A DNA stretch of 64,000 bases. Source: Myxococcales bacterium (lineage in GTDB: Bacteria; Myxococcota_A; Polyangia; Palsa-1104; SHYY01). The stretch spans positions 3,860-67,859 of the forward strand of contig SHYY01000005.1 in assembly GCA_009692555.1 (NCBI GenBank). Direction: 5' to 3'. Position numbers and translations under genes: made by a program. This document shows, piece by piece, positions 59,689 to 64,000 of the stretch. The notes under the pieces were generated by a model. It saw only the letters and a list, made by a program, of their open reading frames with translations. It made no database searches and was not told the DNA's origin. Each line of letters begins with the position of its first letter. Position 1 is the first letter of the stretch.

Positions 59689-59906
59689 TGTCCTGTCCGC
59701 GAAATTCTTTGCAGAATTTCCCGGCCAGCACACTAGCCACGATCCCAGGGTGCGTGCCGCCCCGCCCCGTCGGCCCTCCCCCACTCGATCCTGGGGGCAA
59801 GCCCCCGTCCGTCGGGGTCCCCACCCCTGCCGACGGCGGCACTTGCCGCCGGGCCGCGGCAGTGCGCGGCCTTTTTCTACTGCGAACTTCTGTGTCGGGA
59901 CACTAG
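59685..59906. mobile_element. MITE-like non-coding element bounded by CTAGTGTCC / GGACACTAG
   Basis: Terminal inverted repeats, a nested 52-bp hairpin (59685-59736) and internal copy B of the 36936-37015 repeat. Confidence 0.55.
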
Positions 59907-59979
59907 CAGCGACAGCGACGGGGGGCGGGGCTGTTGGAGTGGGTCCTGTGATAAGCTGCGGCGCGGAGGTGATGAGGCC

Positions 59980-60726
59980 ATGAAGACCGTAAGCGAGCGC
60001 GTGACGATCGACGTCGGGGGGCGGGCAATGGGAGGCTACCTCGCTCACCCGGTCACCGACGGGCCGCGGCGCTTCCCGGCCGTCCTGGTGTTCCAGGAGA
60101 TATTCGGGGTCAACGCCCACATCCGATCGATCGTCGACCGGGTCGCGGCGGAGGGGTACGTCGCCCTCGCGCCCGACTATTTCCATCGTACCGCGCCCGG
60201 GATCGAGCTCGGGTACGACGAGGAGGGGATGCAGAAGGGGATGACCCTCATCCCGCAGCTCCAGGCCGCCGAGGTGATCGCCGACGCGAACGCCGCGATC
60301 GCCGCGTTCGGCCACCGCGACGACGTGCGCGCGGACCGCATCGGCGCGATCGGCTTCTGCATCGGCGGCCACGTCGCCTACCTCGTGGCGTCGACCGGCT
60401 GCCTCCGCGCCACCGCCTCGTTCTATGGCGGCGGGATCGCCACGGGAGGCCTCGGGGAGAAGGCGGCCACCGTCGACCGCAGCGAGGGGATAAAGGGCAA
60501 GATCCTGCTCTTCTTCGGCGGCGACGATCACTTCATCGACGAGCGGCAGGTCGACACCATCCGCCAGACGCTCTACAAGCACAGCACCCGCAACGAGATC
60601 TTCACCTACCCGAACGCCGGCCACGGCTTCTTCTGCGACGCCCGCGGCTCCTACAACAAGCTCGCCCACGATGACGCCTGGCGGCGCGTGAAGAAGCTGT
60701 TCCTCGACGAGCTCCACGGGGGCTGA
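59980..60726 (+). CDS. Dienelactone hydrolase family protein
   Basis: QEIFGVNAHI, GFCIGG nucleophile, GGDD, AGHGF. Confidence 0.93.
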   Translation: MKTVSERVTIDVGGRAMGGYLAHPVTDGPRRFPAVLVFQEIFGVNAHIRSIVDRVAAEGYVALAPDYFHRTAPGIELGYDEEGMQKGMTLIPQLQAAEVIADANAAIAAFGHRDDVRADRIGAIGFCIGGHVAYLVASTGCLRATASFYGGGIATGGLGEKAATVDRSEGIKGKILLFFGGDDHFIDERQVDTIRQTLYKHSTRNEIFTYPNAGHGFFCDARGSYNKLAHDDAWRRVKKLFLDELHGG

Positions 60727-60729
60727 CGG

Positions 60730-61836
60730 GTGCAGGGCGCGAAGGGGGGCGAAGGAAGCACCCGGCAGCTCCTTCAACTCTGCGCCTGCTACTTCTCGTT
60801 CTACGTGGTCACCGGCGTCACGGTGAAGTACTTCCTCGGCAAGCCCGCGGACGGCTTCCCGGGGATGGACGGGGTCGAGTTCCTCGTCTACAGCACCGCC
60901 GGGGGCACCTCGATCTGCCTCGCCATCGTCCTCGCCCTGCGCTGGTACCGCCTCCAGTCGAACGGGCCGATCACCTGGGGCGGGCTGCGCTTCCCCCGCG
61001 AGTACCTCTACATCATTCCCTCGGGGATCTGCACCGCGGTGGTGATCCCGACGACGACGCTGATGTACACGCTCGGGATCTCGGTGATGGTGGCGATGGT
61101 GATGATGCGCGGGAGCGTGATCGTGATCAGCCGCGCCGTCGACGCGCTGCAGATCCGGCAGGGGATCCTCAAGCGCAAGGTGTACCGGGAGGAGGACGTG
61201 GCGGTGGCCTTCGCGCTGGGCGCGGTGGCGGTGGGCCTCGGCGGCGTGAAGGCGGGTGACTTCGACTTCGTGCACTCGCCGGCGGCGGTCACCATCCTCG
61301 GCAGCTACATCGTCGCCTACGCGATCCGGATCTACCTGATGAACTACTTCAAGAACACCCGCGCGGCGGGGGTGAAGCTCGACAACAAGGGCTTCTTCGC
61401 CGTCGAGCAGATCGCCGCCGCGGTGGTGATGCTGGGGGTCGGGATCGCCTGCTTCTTCTCGGCCTCCAGGCTGGTCCAGATCAGCGTCTTCCACCAGGCG
61501 ATCGTCGCGCCGCGCCCGCTGTGGGGCTGGGCGCTCCTCGCCGGCGGCGCCTACGGCATGGTGGCGTTCTTCTCGGTGTTCATCTTCATGTTCAAGGGCA
61601 AGACGGCCACCTTCGCCGGCCTGGTCAACCGGCTCACGTCGCTGGTGGCGGGCACCACCGCGACGCTGATCCTCGCGTTCGCGTTCGGCGGGGCCTTTCC
61701 GAGCGTGAAGGACTGGGTCTCGCTGCTCTTCATCCTCGTCGCCGTCGGGTTCCTCTCGCTGGCCGAGCGCAAGCGCGCCAGCCAGGCCGCCACCGCGCGG
61801 CGCGAAGCCGCGGTGGGGATCGCCCCCGCGATCTAG
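60730..61836 (+). CDS. Polytopic membrane protein (DMT/EamA-like transporter?)
   Basis: About 10 hydrophobic helices; starts 3 nt after the hydrolase stop. Confidence 0.75.
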   Translation: MQGAKGGEGSTRQLLQLCACYFSFYVVTGVTVKYFLGKPADGFPGMDGVEFLVYSTAGGTSICLAIVLALRWYRLQSNGPITWGGLRFPREYLYIIPSGICTAVVIPTTTLMYTLGISVMVAMVMMRGSVIVISRAVDALQIRQGILKRKVYREEDVAVAFALGAVAVGLGGVKAGDFDFVHSPAAVTILGSYIVAYAIRIYLMNYFKNTRAAGVKLDNKGFFAVEQIAAAVVMLGVGIACFFSASRLVQISVFHQAIVAPRPLWGWALLAGGAYGMVAFFSVFIFMFKGKTATFAGLVNRLTSLVAGTTATLILAFAFGGAFPSVKDWVSLLFILVAVGFLSLAERKRASQAATARREAAVGIAPAI

Positions 61837-61992
61837 CTCCCGTCCGGGCTGTCAAGTTTTCTTTCCCCCATCCGCAATTTCTTCTGTTACCGTCCGCTTC
61901 CTTTCCAGGAGGTTTGTGCTCCAACCAATTTTCGGGCCCCTTGCGGGCCCCGCTGCCGCCCTTCCGCCCGATAACCCAAGCCCGGAGGACCC

Positions 61993-62409
61993 ATGGTTAA
62001 ATTGATACTTCTGCTGTCGCTGATGGCGACCGGAAAGACCGGGATCGGGACGGTTTTCGGCTCCTCGACCTGGGACGCCCACAACCCCCACTCGAACCTC
62101 GCCTGCATGCACCGCGAGATCGACGACCGCGAGCTGGTGGTCGCCCACAACACGCTCCCCTGCCACTCGCTGGTCTGGATCTACAACCTTCGCACCGGGC
62201 GGTCGGTGGTGGCGACGGTGGGGGATCGCGGCCCCCGGCGCGCGATGATCGACATGTCGCCGGCCGTGGCGCGGCGGATCGGGCACAACGGAATGGAGCG
62301 GGTGCTGATGGTGCCGCTGCCGTCGGGCTCAACCGTGCGCGAGGTAGATGATCGCAAGCACCGCCGCCACCCACACCGCAAGGTTCGCAAGAAACAGCGG
62401 GTCGCGTAG
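61993..62409 (+). CDS. RlpA-like double-psi beta-barrel protein
   Basis: AHNTLP...NLRTGRSVVATVGDRGP...IDMSPAVARRIG; GGAGG RBS. Confidence 0.8.
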   Translation: MVKLILLLSLMATGKTGIGTVFGSSTWDAHNPHSNLACMHREIDDRELVVAHNTLPCHSLVWIYNLRTGRSVVATVGDRGPRRAMIDMSPAVARRIGHNGMERVLMVPLPSGSTVREVDDRKHRRHPHRKVRKKQRVA

Positions 62410-63207
62410 CATCTCCTCCGTCGGTGACTCGGCCTTGGGGCGCCCCGCGACCAGCATCAGGTAGCGGGTGACGCCGATGGCGATCGCCGGGACGGTCCAG
62501 ACCATGCGGGTGGTGTGGAAGAAGGTCCGGGTGTGCTCGTCGAGGGTGTAGGCGAGGTAGGCCAAGGTAGTTGCGGCGCCGGTGGCGTAGAGCGCAATGC
62601 GGAGCAGGGTGGGGTGGTAGGCGGTGAGCACCGCGCGCTGCTCGACGCCGCGAGCCCCGGCGGTGGAGAGCTCGTGGGCGCGCTTGCCGAAGCCGAGGAA
62701 GCAGGCGAGCAAGCCGGTGCAGAGGAGCAGCCACGGCGAGGCGTGGACGCCGACCGCCAAGGCCCCGGCGTAGACTCGCAAGAGGAAGCCGGAAGCGATC
62801 ACCATCACGTCGACGTAGGGGATCCGCTTGAGCACCAGCGAATAGGCGAAGCTTTGCGCGAGGTAGAGGGCGCACACGGCAGCGAAGCGCCAGTCGAGGG
62901 CGAAGCCGAGGGCGAGGCCGACGGTGGCGAAGGCGGCGGCGAAGCCCTTGGCAGCGTCCATCGAGAGCGCGCCGGAGGCGATCGGGCGGTTCTTCTTGCG
63001 CGGGTGGGCGCGGTCCTTCTCGACGTCGACGAGGTCGTTCCAGAGATAGACCGCGCTCGCGATCAGGCAGAAGATGGCCACCGCCGCGGCTGCGCGCGTG
63101 GCGGCTCGCCCGTCGGTGAGGGCCTTGGCGAACAGCACCGGCGCGCCGACGAAGAGGTTCTTGACCCACTGGCGCGGGCGGACCGCCTGGAGGAGCGCGA
63201 GCAGCAT
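62329..63207 (-). CDS. UbiA prenyltransferase (decaprenyl-phosphate phosphoribosyltransferase-like)
   Basis: RPRQWVKNLFV, YLWNDLVDVEKDRAHPRKKNRPIASG, GKRAHEL. Confidence 0.92.
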   Translation of the reverse strand: MLLALLQAVRPRQWVKNLFVGAPVLFAKALTDGRAATRAAAAVAIFCLIASAVYLWNDLVDVEKDRAHPRKKNRPIASGALSMDAAKGFAAAFATVGLALGFALDWRFAAVCALYLAQSFAYSLVLKRIPYVDVMVIASGFLLRVYAGALAVGVHASPWLLLCTGLLACFLGFGKRAHELSTAGARGVEQRAVLTAYHPTLLRIALYATGAATTLAYLAYTLDEHTRTFFHTTRMVWTVPAIAIGVTRYLMLVAGRPKAESPTEEMLRDPLFLANLAVWVAAVLAIIYLAHG

Positions 63208-63402
63208 TCAGCCCAGGACCTGTCGATCAATCCTGGACCAAGCCAGGCGAGCTAGCTGCAAGCAGGGCGAGGAGCGAGGAGGGAGCATGGCGGGACCATG
63301 TGACCGACGAGCGACGACCCCCTGCGCCGCAGATCGCTCGCCTGGCGACGGGGGGGATTGTTCGGCAGGTCTTCATGATCGTGGGGTCGGGACGGCGCTC
63401 GG

Positions 63403-64000
63403 TCAAGGAATACTGGGTGGCGGCGCCTCTTCGGGCGCGGCGGGGGCGGCGACGGCGGGGACGTTGATGTGCTTCGGCAGGTCGGGCACGACGGTGAGCT
63501 TCGGGATGAACGTGACCAGCGCGAGGGCTACGAACATCACCAGGATGAAGGGCAGCACCGCGCGGTAGAGCTCGGTGATCGGACGGTTGAAGCGGAAGGC
63601 GGCGATGAACAGGTTCAGGCCCGCGGGTGGCAGCAGGTAGCCGATCTCGAGGTTGAGCAGGAAGATCACGCCGAGGTGGTAGGGGTCGAGGTGGTAGATG
63701 CCGACGGCGGGGACGATCAGCGGCACGACGACGACGATGGCCGAGAAGATGTCCATCAGGCAGCCGACGAGCAGCAGGACGATGTTGAGGACGATCAGGA
63801 ACGTCCAGGTGGAGTGGACGTATTGCCCCATCCACTCGAACAGCGCCTGCGGGATGCCGGCGTCGACGAACCAGGCGGTGAGGATGGTGGCGCCGGCGAT
63901 CTTGACGAAGATCGCACCGACGAGGGTCATCGATTCGCGGGTGATCTTGAGGAGGTCCTTCCGGATGTTGATCTCGCGGTAGATGAAGACCTCGACCACG
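63403..64000 (-). CDS. TRAP transporter large permease (DctM), C-terminal part
   Basis: GCLMDIFSAIVVVVP, DPYHLGVIFLLNLEIGYLLPPAGLNLF; open at window end. Confidence 0.92.
   Translation of the reverse strand, partial: VVEVFIYREINIRKDLLKITRESMTLVGAIFVKIAGATILTAWFVDAGIPQALFEWMGQYVHSTWTFLIVLNIVLLLVGCLMDIFSAIVVVVPLIVPAVGIYHLDPYHLGVIFLLNLEIGYLLPPAGLNLFIAAFRFNRPITELYRAVLPFILVMFVALALVTFIPKLTVVPDLPKHINVPAVAAPAAPEEAPPPSIP

Noticed and set aside
57856-61494. 1212-aa ORF
   Set aside because: Only 57856-59274 is a plausible gene; the upstream part is antisense to three plus-strand genes.

Overview
High-GC chromosomal window, most likely from a Myxococcota / myxobacteria-like deltaproteobacterium. This is inferred from a MYXO-CTERM vWA protein, a Ser/Thr kinase, FHA and PEGA proteins, and many Asp/Ala-linker lipoproteins. 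About 55 real CDSs are present; most other listed ORFs are GC-rich antisense shadows. Housekeeping genes include carA, pyrC, pyrD, coaE, engB/yihA, rimI, a frameshifted glnB, sixA and egtD. There are two two-component systems, two type II toxin-antitoxin pairs, paired amidohydrolases, paired DUF3857/transglutaminase TPR proteins and a PPIase-HupE/UreJ-DUF3604 cluster. No rRNA, tRNA or CRISPR array was found. The most notable observations are: (1) a compact three-gene cassette (TIGR04255-like protein, small unknown protein, putative ADP-ribosyltransferase-fold protein) at 40298-41953, a candidate undescribed toxin-antitoxin-chaperone-like defence system; (2) two complementary group II intron pieces on the same strand 15 kb apart (domains I-II at 21572-21995; maturase tail plus domains V-VI at about 37020-37174, whose last bases form the AT of the next gene's ATG); (3) an osmoprotectant-type ABC importer translationally coupled to egtD; (4) several small repeat/MITE families and decayed mobile or defence remnants; (5) three apparent frameshifts, two of them single-base. 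All family assignments come from motif recognition by eye, not from database searches.
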